DNA of 64,000 nt. Source: an uncultured Planctomycetota bacterium (GTDB lineage Bacteria; Planctomycetota; Planctomycetia; Isosphaerales; Isosphaeraceae). The notes below the pieces were generated by a model, which saw only the letters and a program-made list of their open reading frames with translations, was not told the origin of the DNA and made no database searches. Shown here piece by piece: positions 1-11,124 of this stretch; within the stretch, counting starts at the first letter, position 1, and each line of letters opens with the position of its first letter. The position numbers and the translations under genes are program-made. The stretch spans positions 96,001-160,000 of the forward strand of contig CAWJTV010000022.1 in NCBI GenBank assembly GCA_963845755.1, given 5' to 3'.

Positions 1-594
1 CGAAGGACACCTGTTGTCGGAGATCTTCAAACTTGTTGTTGAGTTCCGTGACCTTCTTCTCGTATTGCACGAGTTGTTCGTGCAATGGGTTGACTTGCTT
101 CCCGATCGCCTCGACCTGCTGCGAGAGCTGGCCGACCTGGGCAATCTTCTCCTGAATCGGCCCCAGATCGGGAACGGCCGCCGATTTTGGCAATGCATCC
201 AACCGCTCTTGAAGTTGCTTGTAATGATCGGAGAGGCTCTTGCATTCCTCGGATAGTTTTTTCGCGATCATCCAGACGAGCAACGTCCTTCGGAATCTCC
301 GAATCCCGGCCCGTCGGACTCACCGAGGAGTTCCCGCCCCTCGACGTCGCCAGGTAGCGGTCGTATGCCCAGGCGCCGGCACCGCCGCAAACCAACGCAA
401 CCACGGCGGAAATCAGGAGCATGCCCGCGCCAGTGCTCCCACTGCGCCGGCGGTCTCCTTATGGACGATTCCTGTCCCATATTCACATTGAGCCTCCCTG
501 TATCGCCCATTCCGGGGGCATTCCGACTGCGATCCCCAGGGATCGGATCGATGGGAACTCGCCCAGTCACGTCTTGTTCCGTGGCTTCGGCCAT
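1..594 (-). CDS. Membrane-anchored coiled-coil hypothetical protein (frameshifted; runs off the window edge)
   Basis: ATG at 594 with upstream GGAGG. Fragments give a TM segment (LLISAVVALVCGGAGAWAY) and then a heptad-rich segment (YKQLQERLDAL...LHEQLVQYEKKVTELNNKFEDL) in different frames. Confidence 0.55.
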
Positions 595-1008
595 GGAAAT
601 GCCTCCTGTCGTGCAGGGAATCCCATGTGGAAGTGCGGATGTCCCTATGAGATGGCGCGGACGGTCGAGAGAATCTCCAGGTCGGACTTGCCTGCGAATC
701 CGATGCCGTTTTCACACTGGACGAGCCGAAGCGATCCCCCACGCTTGGGTGTCACCTCGCGACCTGTGCGGGGGACCCAGGGTCAAACATTGTTGGCTCA
801 TGTGGGGAGTTCCGAGGGAAAACAAGGATGGCCGGGGCCGTGCCATCGGCTCTGGTCGCCGAACCCTGGTCTCTCACTCTCAGGGCCTTCAGGCGTGCCC
901 TCCGTCTGACGCCGGCCGAGTGCCCATTGATTCTCTTCGCTGACCGCGTCGTAGAAACCCGCGCGTCGATGACTTGTCACGTTGGTAGCAAATTGCTACC
1001 ATTGAGGT

Positions 1009-1383
1009 ATGAGTCAACCGGTCAAGATATCTGATGAACTCATCCTCGATGCCCGACTGACGGCGGAGATCGCGGAGCGCTCAATCGCCGGTCAGATCGA
1101 GTTCTGGGCCCAACTCGGCCGAGCGATCGAACCCTTGCTCGAGGGCTCCCGAGCACTCGCCCTCCGGCGGGCCGGCGCAGCCGTGCCGCTTTCCGAGTGC
1201 CTGGCCTCGGTGGATTCGGCTACGGGCCGCCGGCGTGTGGTGGAATACCTCGACTTGAGGCCGTTTCCCCACTATCAGCCGGTTCCAGGCTCGCCGGGCG
1301 TGGTGGTCCGCGTCGCTGCCGATGGCACGCGAACCGTGGGGCGATTCGTGGGTCGGGAATTCCAGGCGGTCGCATGCCCCTGA
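1009..1383 (+). CDS. ParD-like antitoxin family protein
   Basis: N-terminus MSQPVKISDELILDARLTAEIAERSIAGQIEFWAQLGRAIE is typical of the ParD-like family. It overlaps the downstream ATPase. Confidence 0.8.
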   Translation: MSQPVKISDELILDARLTAEIAERSIAGQIEFWAQLGRAIEPLLEGSRALALRRAGAAVPLSECLASVDSATGRRRVVEYLDLRPFPHYQPVPGSPGVVVRVAADGTRTVGRFVGREFQAVACP

Positions 1384-1964
1384 CGGAGTTCGCCGAGTTT
1401 GATCGGCGGCCGATCCTGGTGGCGATTGCCGGCCCGAATGGAGCCGGGAAGACCACCTTCTTCCACGCCCATTTGGCCTGGGCGGGGCTGCGATTCGTGA
1501 ACGCGGATGTGCTTGCCGCCGAACTTGCCGTCGAACCATACGACGCGGCTCGTCTGGGCGATGCCTTGAGACAGGCTCTGGTCGGGCGCCGGGAGAGTTT
1601 CGTCTTTGAGACGGTTTTCTCCGATCCGGTGGGCGCCAAGGTCGCGTTCCTGACAGAGGCGGCTCGCTGCGGCTATGTCGTCGTGTTGTGTTACATCGGC
1701 CTCTCCGGCCCCGATCAGTCGCTCGAGCGCGTGGCGATGCGCGTTTCGCAGGGCGGTCACGATGTTCCCGACGACAAGCTCCGGTCAAGGTTTTCTCGAA
1801 CGCTCGTCAATCTCCAGGCCGCCATCGCGCAATTACCTCATGTCTTGATTCACGATAACAGCGACTTGAATGTCCCATATCGCCAGGTGGCCGTTTTCGA
1901 TCACGGGCAACTGCGCCATCTTCAGGAACCGGTTCCCCAGTGGCTTCGACCCATCTTCCCCTGA
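1374..1964 (+). CDS. Zeta-toxin-like / AAA_33 P-loop kinase
   Basis: Walker A IAGPNGAGKTT, FVNAD, ESFVFETVFS and RVAMRVSQGGHDVP motifs. ATG at 1374 overlaps the antitoxin stop. Confidence 0.85.
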   Translation: MPLTEFAEFDRRPILVAIAGPNGAGKTTFFHAHLAWAGLRFVNADVLAAELAVEPYDAARLGDALRQALVGRRESFVFETVFSDPVGAKVAFLTEAARCGYVVVLCYIGLSGPDQSLERVAMRVSQGGHDVPDDKLRSRFSRTLVNLQAAIAQLPHVLIHDNSDLNVPYRQVAVFDHGQLRHLQEPVPQWLRPIFP

Positions 1965-2106
1965 GAGGTCAACCCAGGGGGACCAGCGATAGGGACAGAT
2001 GCCAAGTCAGGGAGATATCCCTCGATCGTTTCGGCAAGACCCGAGATCTGGATCAAACCCTCTTGGCTGGCTTGCCTGAATTGCCAAGTGATTGAGGAAT
2101 GTCCCG

Positions 2107-5100
2107 TTACTTTCCCGCAAGGATCAGGTTGCAGCCGACGCCGACGATGGTCCGGCTCGCGGATCGCTCAGGGCTGGCGCAGTGCGGCCCTCGGCGGCCG
2201 CTCTCGGCGTTTTCGGTGGGGTGCTTGAGGTGCTCGGTCATCGGCTCAGCTGATCCGGTTCTTCCGCCAGCGCAGGCCTCCAGGTCGGCGATTGCCGGCT
2301 CGAATTGGTTTGAGACCTGTCCGATCGCCGCCCGGACGACCCGGAGGTGCATGTCGCCAGGCCGCTGCCGGATCGCTCGGTTGAAGTCGTCGAGGCGCCT
2401 CGGGGAAGCGTTGCAGTTGAAACAACGCATGGCCGCGCTGATGATAAGACTCGGCGTCTTCGGGGTCCTTGCCGATGCGTTGGGTGTGGAGGGCGACCAG
2501 TTCCTCGGGCGACAGGCCGTTCGGCTCGATGTGACCGTCCAGCGGGTCGAGCTCGACCTGGATCCGCGGCAGTGGGGGTGCCGATGGTTCGGCCGGGTCG
2601 TCCCTGGGCAAGGCAGGGGCGTCCCAGTCGAGGCACCGCGATCGAAGATGTCGGCGGATCGCCCGCAGGTCCCAGACATGCACAGCCGGCCCGTCATGGG
2701 TGACTACCACCAGCCGCGAGCCATCGGGGCTGAAGGTGGCTCCTCCTTCCACCAGTGCACACGAGTCTGGGGTCTCGAGCCGAGCGACCGTGCGGCCCGT
2801 CTCGGTCTCGACGAGGCGAAGGACCTTGTTCGCCTCTTGAACCAGCAGATGGCGGCCGTCGGGGGAGAAGGTGAGCCCGTCGCCCCCCACCGCAGCGCCT
2901 CGTTCCAGGTGCCGGCAGCCCAGAGCCGGCACGGGGACGGACTCGTCATCAACCATTTCCCATCGGGGCTGAAGGCGACACTGACGAGCCCCTCGACCTT
3001 CAGATCGGCGACCCGCCGGCCATCGGCGATCCGCCAGACCTGGGCGCCGTTCTTGCCGTGGCTGCCGGTCGCCAGCCATTGACCGTCCGCGCTGACCGCG
3101 ACATAGCGGCAGTCATCCAGCGGGCCCACGCGGGAACGTTCGACCCGGAGTCGAGGACATGCGGTGACGTCGAGAATCCGCTGCGGCCACGATTCGACCT
3201 GACCGGTCCGCGGCTAATCGCCCAAGACCGGCTACTGGCAACGGGAGGCGGCGCGGCGGGCCGACGCGGAATTCCCCCTCCTTGGGATCGAGCTGAACCG
3301 GCCACCGCTGAACGCCGAGGTCGACCGCTGGTGACCGTGAGCAGGTCGCCCGAGGCCTCGAACAGCGGGTACCGGGGAATCCGATCGGCAGGAATGCGAG
3401 TTCCGCGCCACGGGCCAGATCCCAGAGCACCACGCCCCGGTCCGTCGCCAGATGCGAGCACCCGGCCGTCGGGGCGGATCGAAGCATCTCCAATAACGAA
3501 CCGGCTGGCCGAACGCATGGGCCAAGGTTTGGTATTCGAGGGCCGGCTCGACCACATACGTCGTCAATCGGCTCCTCGACCGAAACGACGATGCGTCCGT
3601 CCTGGCTGAATCCCGCATGAAAATAGTAGTGATCGCCGGTCAAGCTCAGCACGGGCCGGCCCAGGGCCGCGTCCCAGAGCCGAAGACGCCTTCCCATCCG
3701 TTGCTGGCCAGCAACGCGCCGGTGGGGTGGAAGGCGACGGACAGACCGGCATTGGTATGTCCTTCGAGGGTCGGCCTTGCGGATGCCGGTGGCAGCGTCC
3801 CAGAGGTAGATTTTCTGATCTCACTCGGTGTTGCCAGCGTGGTGCCGTCAGGACTCCAAACGACCCTAGACGCAGGTTGCGGCAGCAGGATCGACCAGGA
3901 GGCGGCCGGCCGCGACTCCACGATCCGGCAGGTGAAGCTGGCCCGCTCATTATGGATCGTGGCGATCCGGCCCCGTCCGTGCAAGGCCAGGTCCTTTGCC
4001 GACCCCGGGCCGGCCCAGGACCTTTCTGTTGCACGATCCGGCACGTCGAGTTTCGCGGGTCCTTTTGCAGGATCGCCATCTGGGCCCCGTCGGCGCGGAA
4101 GGCGATGTGCCCCGGAGTCGGCATCCGCCAGCGTCGCATCGGTCAACCGGTCGCCAGGTCGTAGACGAGGAGCTGTCCATCCGCGTGGCATAGGGCGACC
4201 CGCCGGCTGTCCGGGCTGAACTGTGCCGTGCCCCCCGCGACAGGGCCGGGATCGCTGACGGCGACCGTACGCTTTTCGATGTCCCAGACCGTCAGGGCAA
4301 ATCCGGGAAAATGGGTGGTCGCCAGGTAGCGGCCATCTGGACTGAAGCCGAAGACGAAGATTTCGCGATCGCCCCGGGCCGGAAAGCGGGCAATCTCTGC
4401 GTCATCGGCGAGGCGGCGGACCTGGATCGTCCCATCCTTGAACCGCAGCGCATAGCGGGTCATGGCCGTGTCGAACGCGGCCAGGAACGACTTCGGGTGG
4501 TCGATGGATGACCTGGCCGGTCTCCTTCAGGTCAGGGAGGGCCAGGCAGGCGATCGCCTCATCGCGGAGACGGTCGAATTGGTCGGGTGGCAGCTTCAAG
4601 TCCCGCGCGATCGACGACCGCTTGTTCCAGGGCGTGCAGGCTCTCGAAGCGCTGCCCGACCCGGCGGCCGAACCGCCGGGCTTGCGCCTGGGCGACCAGC
4701 GAGTCGTACAGGTTCTTGCGCGAGTCGAGCAGGTTGCTCGCATCGCGCTCCGCATTCTGGATTCGCAGGCCATCCTGATGGAATCTCCAGGCCGACATGA
4801 TGGAGCCCGACCGTCACGAACACCAGTAGGCCCACTGTGGCGATGCTGGCCGCCGCCAGCCCCGGGCTGCGCTTGCACCACCGCCAGAGCCGCTCCGGAG
4901 GCCCGGACCGGCCGCGAGCGGATCGGCCGGCTCTCGAGGTATCGACGCAGCTCGTCGCCCAGCTCCCCCGCCGTTGCGAACCGATCCTTGGGGTCCTTGG
5001 CCAGCGCCTTGAGCACCAGCGTCTCCAGGTCCCGAGGGATGCGGCGATCGTGCTGCCGCAACGCGCTCGGCGGTTCGTGCGTGATCCGGTCCATCAGCCG

Positions 5101-6218
5101 GGCCTGGTCCCGCTCATCGAAGGCCGGCTTCAGGGTCAGAAGCTCGTAGAGCGTCGCGCCGAGCGAGTAGACGTCACCCCGCGCGTCGGTGACGCCCCGG
5201 AACCGCTCGGGAGCCATGAAGCGGAGGGTCCCGACCAGGTCATGCGAGTGCGAGAGGTCGTCCCCCTCGACCAGCTTCGCCAGGCCGAAGTCGGTGACCC
5301 AGACGTTGCCCTGGGCGTCGAGCAGGAGGTTGGAGGGCTTGATGTCGCGGTGGATCACCCGCTGTTTGTGGGCGTAGTCCAGCGCGTCGGCGACCTGGGC
5401 GCCGAGGCGCGCGACCTCGCGGAAATAGACCGACTCGGACTGACCGAGAATCGAGCTGCTGGCCAGAACAACGCCTTCGGTGGCGGTCGTGTCGCCGGTC
5501 GTCACGATCGCCGTCGAGCTCGACTCGGCGGCAAGGGGAGCCATCGGTGCCTCGGCGAACCGGCCGGTCAGCAGGCCGCGGGAGATCGCCGTGAGCGGGT
5601 CCGCATCCTGCGACGGTCGCCGTCTCCTGCCCCGCACCGATCGCTCTCGGCCCCGGCGTCGCGCTCGGCCGCAGGGCGGAGGCGGCGGACGTCGTCCAGC
5701 ACCCGCTCCAGCCCGACACCGGCGATGTATTGCATCGCGTAATAGAAGACGCCGTCCTGCTGGCCATAGTCGAAGACCGGCACGATGTTGGTGTGGTGCA
5801 GCTTCGCCGCCGACCGCGCCTCGGTCTGGAAGCGCCGCACGTAGTCCCGATCGGCGCGGAACCGTGCGTGCATGACCTTGAGCGCCATGCGGCTCTTGAG
5901 CGATTCGTGCTCGGCCTCGTACACGATCCCCATACCACCGGCGCCGATGCGGCGAAGCAGGACGAACTCACCCAGACGCTGCGGCTCCGGTCCGCCCGAG
6001 CCGAACGGCCCCACATCGAGGCCGGCCCCCTGGCTCTTCTCAGGGCCGACCTCCTCCAGGGCAACCAGTGTGGGAAAGACGGCGCGAATCCGTTCGGCGA
6101 GCTCGGGATGCCTGGCGGTGTATTCGCTGAGCGAGGGCCGCTCGCCCCGGCGGTATCGCACGAGGAAGGCGTCGGCCAGATCGTCGATCGGGTCGAATTC
6201 ACAGGAAGGCTCGCTCAT
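2107..6218 (-). CDS. Ser/Thr protein kinase with WD40 repeats and C-terminal TPR (multiple frameshifts)
   Basis: IGAGGMGIVY, ALK, IHRDIKPSN, DFGLAK and GTLRFMAPE motifs. Many FSPDG WD40 blades and a TPR (ESYHQRGHALFQLQRFPEA) are spread over ORF fragments. Confidence 0.85.
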
Positions 6219-6859
6219 GACCTCATTCCTCCCAGGCCACCCGGCGAGTGCCCCAGGATCCGTTTCAGCCGTTCCAGGGCCCGGATGTACCGCTTGCCGG
6301 CGGCGCCCTCCGAAAGTCCCAACAACTGGGCAATCTCGGCGCGGCTCAATTGCTCGAAGTGGCGCAAGGCCAGCACCTCGCGGTCGAGTGGGTCCATGGT
6401 GTTGAGTCCGTCCTGCACGCGAATCCTGAGCTCGGCACGGACCGCCGCCTCGCTCGGCCGCGTGTCATGCCCCAGGAGCTGGGCGGCCAGCGCGGCCGAG
6501 GACGCTTCTGGCACCGGTCCCCGGCACAACGCCACCTCCTGGTCGGCGGCGCGCATCTGCGCTCCCAGATGATGCCGATGCAACGTCACCAGCTTCTGGC
6601 CGGTGAGGAACCGGAGCCACAAAAAGAACGGCATCGACGGATCGCCGAGGTACTCGGTCAATCGAACGGATGCCTCCAGATACGCTTCCTGGATGACGTC
6701 CGACGCGTCGATCCGCCCCTGCAACCGCCGATCCATCCTCAGCGCAACCATGCGCCGGAGCCGATCGCCGTGCCGTGTCAGCAGGGCCCCCAGAGCCCGC
6801 GGATCACCGCGGGCCGCCTGCTCGAGCAAGTGGTTGGTCACATCCGAGTTGCTGGTCAT
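6215..6859 (-). CDS. ECF sigma-70 factor, planctomycete kinase-associated type
   Basis: RLRRMVALRMDRRLQGRIDASDVIQEAY (region 2) and DREVLALRHFEQLSRAEIAQLLG (region 4). ATGA overlap with the kinase. Confidence 0.92.
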   Translation of the reverse strand: MTSNSDVTNHLLEQAARGDPRALGALLTRHGDRLRRMVALRMDRRLQGRIDASDVIQEAYLEASVRLTEYLGDPSMPFFLWLRFLTGQKLVTLHRHHLGAQMRAADQEVALCRGPVPEASSAALAAQLLGHDTRPSEAAVRAELRIRVQDGLNTMDPLDREVLALRHFEQLSRAEIAQLLGLSEGAAGKRYIRALERLKRILGHSPGGLGGMRS

Positions 6860-7386
6860 CGAAATCACCGTGCCGAGAGTGGTTCACGCCGCAACCAGGG
6901 GCCCGCGCATCCGAGGCCGACGGCAAGATCGCGCACGAACCCCATACAAAGAGTAAACCGCGCAAGCGGACCAAAAGGGGACAGGAAAATGGACCTTTTT
7001 TATGCCTCCCTCACGCATCATATCGAGGAGATCCGCAAGTTTTCAAAGATTCGTGACTTTTTATCGTACCGTTGGGGGCAAGTCGCGCGGTTAAGGGTGT
7101 AGCGACGCCCAGCAGAAGTCTCACAAGGCGGGCGTGCCCGGCGAGAGGTGCGCGGCCGGGACAGCGGCTCCGTCGTGGTATCGCGGACCGTATTCCGACA
7201 GCCCAGAGGCTGATCATGTCCCGTTCATCGTGGCGTTCCTGGCGCGTTTCGATCAGCCAGGCCCGGCGCGGCCCGCGTCGCAACTCGGCGTAGCGGCCGA
7301 AAACGGCCCGCCTTGTCCTGGAGTCGCTCGAAGGTCGGGCACTGCTGACGACCTACGACGCGAGCAGGGTCTCGGCCCTGATCGCC
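6653..7386. repeat. Direct repeat copy 1 (~730 bp): sigma 5' end, divergent intergenic region and dead LExR-xLL N-terminus
   Basis: Near-identical by eye to 14678-15407. Confidence 0.95.
7216..7386 (+). pseudogene. 5' remnant of a planctomycete extracellular (LExR-xLL motif) protein gene
   Basis: Reads MSRSSWRSWRVSISQARRGPRRNSA*RPKTARLVLESLEGRALLTTYDASRVSALIA, with an in-frame TAG at 7291. Confidence 0.7.
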
Positions 7387-7440
7387 AGATTCCCGATGAA
7401 GGCCTCATGTCGAACACATCTTCTTGAGAGGACGCTTCCA

Positions 7441-7998
7441 ATGTTGCGCAGATACATGACAACCCTCGCCCTGGCCGTGCTCTCGATGTCGTTCTTCGCC
7501 ATCGCGTCCGGCTCGCAGCAGGCCCAGGTGCCGCAAACCGGCACTCAGAAGGCCCACACTCAGAAGGCCCACACTCAGAAGGCCCAGCGCATCTTCGAGA
7601 TGTGGATGTACGTCTCGGACCACACCAAGCACGACCAGGTCGATCAGCACTTCCGCAATCATGCGGTCCCGCTCTACCAGAAGCACGGGATCGAGCTGAT
7701 TGGCTCCTGGACCATCCACGTCGAGCCGCCTCACGTGGCTCAAGACCAGAAGCACGCCGCGACTCCGGTCCAGAATCCCCCGGGCAATGCGATCCACAAA
7801 GACCAGAAGCACGCCACGAACGATACCGTGGTCGCGCTCCTCGCCTTCCCCAGCCATGAGGCCGCCGCCGCGTCCTGGAAGGCGATGGCGACCGATCCCG
7901 AATGGACGAAAGAAGTCCAGGCCACCAACCGGGGGCATTACTTCATCAAGTCGGAGAAACTCGGCCTCCAGCCGACGGATTACAGCCCGATGCGGTGA
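7441..7998 (+). CDS. Secreted NIPSNAP-family protein
   Basis: Signal peptide, then IFEMWMY...HFRNHAVPLYQKHGIELIGSW...LLAFPSHEAAAASWKAMATDPEW...LQPTDYSP. A 15-bp tandem repeat (TQKAH x3) lies at ~7542-7586. Confidence 0.8.
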   Translation: MLRRYMTTLALAVLSMSFFAIASGSQQAQVPQTGTQKAHTQKAHTQKAQRIFEMWMYVSDHTKHDQVDQHFRNHAVPLYQKHGIELIGSWTIHVEPPHVAQDQKHAATPVQNPPGNAIHKDQKHATNDTVVALLAFPSHEAAAASWKAMATDPEWTKEVQATNRGHYFIKSEKLGLQPTDYSPMR

Positions 7999-8122
7999 TC
8001 GGATCGACGATCGGGATTTCCCGTCGAGAAGGCCGCGCGATCCACACGTCCCGGTCGCGGGGCGATCGTTCTCACGACGCCCGCGACCGGCCACACTTTG
8101 CCACATTTCCGAGGAGACTACC

Positions 8123-10696
8123 ATGAGACCATCGAGCATTCCGAATCGCCCTGCGTTCGCCCGTCATCCCGGGAGATTGCGGGCCCTGAACCTCACCATC
8201 ATGACGTGTCTCGCCACGGTCATGCCGGGAGGTTCGCTACGAGCACAGGTCGCGAAATTCAACCAGATCGACATCACGATCCAGACCGGCGGCGACGACC
8301 TGCGCAAGAGCAGCTCGGCGACCGCGACACTGGAGTCGCCGAAGGGAGCCCAGCTTCAGGTCATCACCTTGAAGGGGCATAACCAGGGGAGTTTCGACAA
8401 CAACTCGATGCACAAGATCCACGCGGACTTGAAGCATCCGATGACGAGGGCGGAGATCGGGCATATCGTCATCGCGCTCCAGGAGCACAAGGGGATGTTC
8501 CAGGGTGACGATAACTGGAACGTCCAGAGTGTATCGGTCGCGCTGTCGAACAAGGGCGCCGACGAGACCCCGATCATGTCCTTCTCGGGCGACCCGCTCG
8601 CGAGGCTCACGGGCAGCGTCCACAGCTTCTCGCTCCCGGAGGAGGCGCGAGGGCCCGCGGGCACGTTCAATTCGATCCAGTTCTTCATCCTGACCGGCGG
8701 CGACGACCTCCGGGGAGACAGCTCGGCGACCGCGACCCTGCTCTCGGCGAACGGAGTCAAGCTCCAGGTCCTCACGCTGAAGAACCAGAATCAACCGGGC
8801 TGGGGGAACAACTCGAGGAACTTGATCTCGCTCGAACTGAAGCCGCCCAGGCCCCTCTTCGCCATCCAGCACATCCAGATCGACCTCCAGTCGCACGACA
8901 AGTTCGGCGAGACTGCCGACAACTGGAATGTGCAGGACGTGAATGTGATGCTGGGCAACGACGGCGTCGGCAATCGCGAATTGATGGGAGCCGTCGGCGA
9001 ACCGTTGCAAAGACTCACCCACAGCCTGCCCAGCCTGGTGATCGACAATCCGCACTTCCACAGGAATGTCCTGGGTCCGCAGAAGGCTCCCGCCGATTGA
9101 GGGGCTTCGTCGATCTCCACACCCATCCGCTCTCGAACCTCGCCTTCGGGGGAAAGTTCATCTATGGAGGCGTGGATGTCGGCTCGCTCCTCCCGGCCGA
9201 TCCTGACTGCCACCACAATGTCCGCGCGAAGTGCATGCAGCAAGCCCTGGGTCACGACGGTTCGACACATGGACCGCCTATCAAGAGTCTCAATCCCATC
9301 GGGGGGGCCTCGGACTTCAACTCGTGCGGTGACCTCATCCGCTGGCAGGTTATTCACAATGCCCAACAAAAGAGTATCCCTCCCGCCGCAGACGAGAGCG
9401 ACGACGGCACAGCGCGCCGGACTTCAACGAATGGCCGGTATGGAATGATGTCACGCACCAGAAAATGTGGGTCGAATGGATTCGGCGCTCTACGAGGGCG
9501 GATTGCGGGTCATGGTCGCACTCGCCGTGAACAACAAGACGATGGCAGACATGACGTCGGGGCCGGGAGACGGACCGACCGACGACCGCGCGTCAGCCGA
9601 CCTTCAGATCAAGGAGATCAAGGCGTTCGTGGGACGGCATGCCGACTTCATGGGGATCGCTTCCACTCCAGAGGAACTGGAACAGCTCGTCCGGGCGAAC
9701 AAACTCGCCGTCGTCCTGGGCGTGGAGATCGACAATATTGGAAACTTCAATCATGTGTCGCCTCTGACTGAGAAAGCGATCAGTGCAGAGATCAATCGTC
9801 TGTACCAGGAAGGTGTGCGTTATATCTTTCCCGTCCACCTCCTGGATAATGCCTTCGGAGGAACGGCCGCCTACCAGGACCTCATGAATTACTCGAACCG
9901 TCGTGAAGCTGGGCACTGGTGGGACCTCCGGCGCACGCCGCACTATAGCTATCACTTCGGGCAGGATGGTGTCGGAGGCTTCTGGTTCACCTCCGGCGTG
10001 CTCGCCAAGCTGGCGATCGTATTCGATCCGCCCAACTATCCCGCACCTAAAGACGGGAAGGGCCAGGCGAATAAACGCGGTCTGACGCTGCACGGCGAAT
10101 TCGCGATCAGGGAGATGATGCGGCACGGCATGCTGATCGACATTGATCACATGTCAGAGTTATCTCAGGCCCGGACGATTGAGATTGCCCAAAAGGCCGG
10201 TTATCCCCTCAATAGCGGCCACAATGTCCCGCTCTCCTCCCCGGGAGGCTCCGAGCGGAACATGACCAGCGCAAATTACGCGGCCATCGGCAAGCTGCAC
10301 GGAATGGCCGGGATCGGCATCTCGAGCCTGGATGCCCAGCAGTTCGTGACGAAATACCAGGCCGTCACCACGGACATGGGGCCTGGGGCCGTGGCCGGCT
10401 TTGGCACGGACACGAACGGCCTCGCGGTCGGGATGCCGCCCCGGACGGGCTCGGCGGTCCACTACAGCGACGCGTTCCCGAGGAGCCGGCTCGGTACCAG
10501 GACGTGGGACTACAACCACCAGGACGGCCACGGCGGCGTCGCGCACTATGGGATGTTGCCGGATTACCTGGAGGACGTCGGGTCCCTCCGGCAGCAGGGG
10601 GGGAAACATGTGGTTGACGAGATGATGTTTGGCGCCGACTATTTCCTCCATACCTGGAAGAAGTGCGAGGCGGAAAAGGCGAGCGTGAAGCCGTGA
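8123..10696 (+). CDS. Secreted membrane-dipeptidase (M19)-like amidohydrolase with two tandem N-terminal beta domains (frameshifted)
   Basis: RBS GAGGAG and a signal peptide. Two TGGDDLR...DNWNV repeats are followed by GFVDLHTHP, LGVEID, IDIDHMS, SGH, GFGTDTNG and GVAHYGMLPD. Single-base fixes near 9096, ~9410 and ~9485 join three ORFs. Confidence 0.75.
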
Positions 10697-11124
10697 GAGA
10701 CCGTCCCGCGCGGCGACCCTTGGACCGAGAGGGACCTGTTTCCCGACCCGACCGCGGGCCTGAGCCCGCGATCCGGAAGGGGGGCGCAGCCCACTCGTTT
10801 CGCACGTCGGCGCCCCGAGTCGTCGCGAGTGGCGAGTCTCGGGAGCGTCGAGCCGGGCCGGATCGGTATCCGCTTTCCTCGCCCCTCGCGACGATCCCGG
10901 GTCCCGTCCGGACCGCTCGCTCACGTGGCCGGTCACAACGGATCCGATGACCCGTCAAATATTGAAAAGTAAAAAAACTTTTACGACACATCTGTCACGT
11001 CCCCGCCGGCGGGCGTCGTCGGGATGATTCGCACGAAATGCCTGCATCGTGGCCATCGAGCCAATGTCATTCAACTCGGGGAGTCGCCCGGGGCGCTCCC
11101 CTCCCTTACTCCCTGGAGGTCACC

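Noticed and set aside
7216..7998. Programmed TAG readthrough joining the LExR-xLL remnant to NIPSNAP
   Set aside because: NIPSNAP has its own RBS and signal peptide. In-frame phase has a 1-in-3 chance, and copy 2 is not fused to anything.
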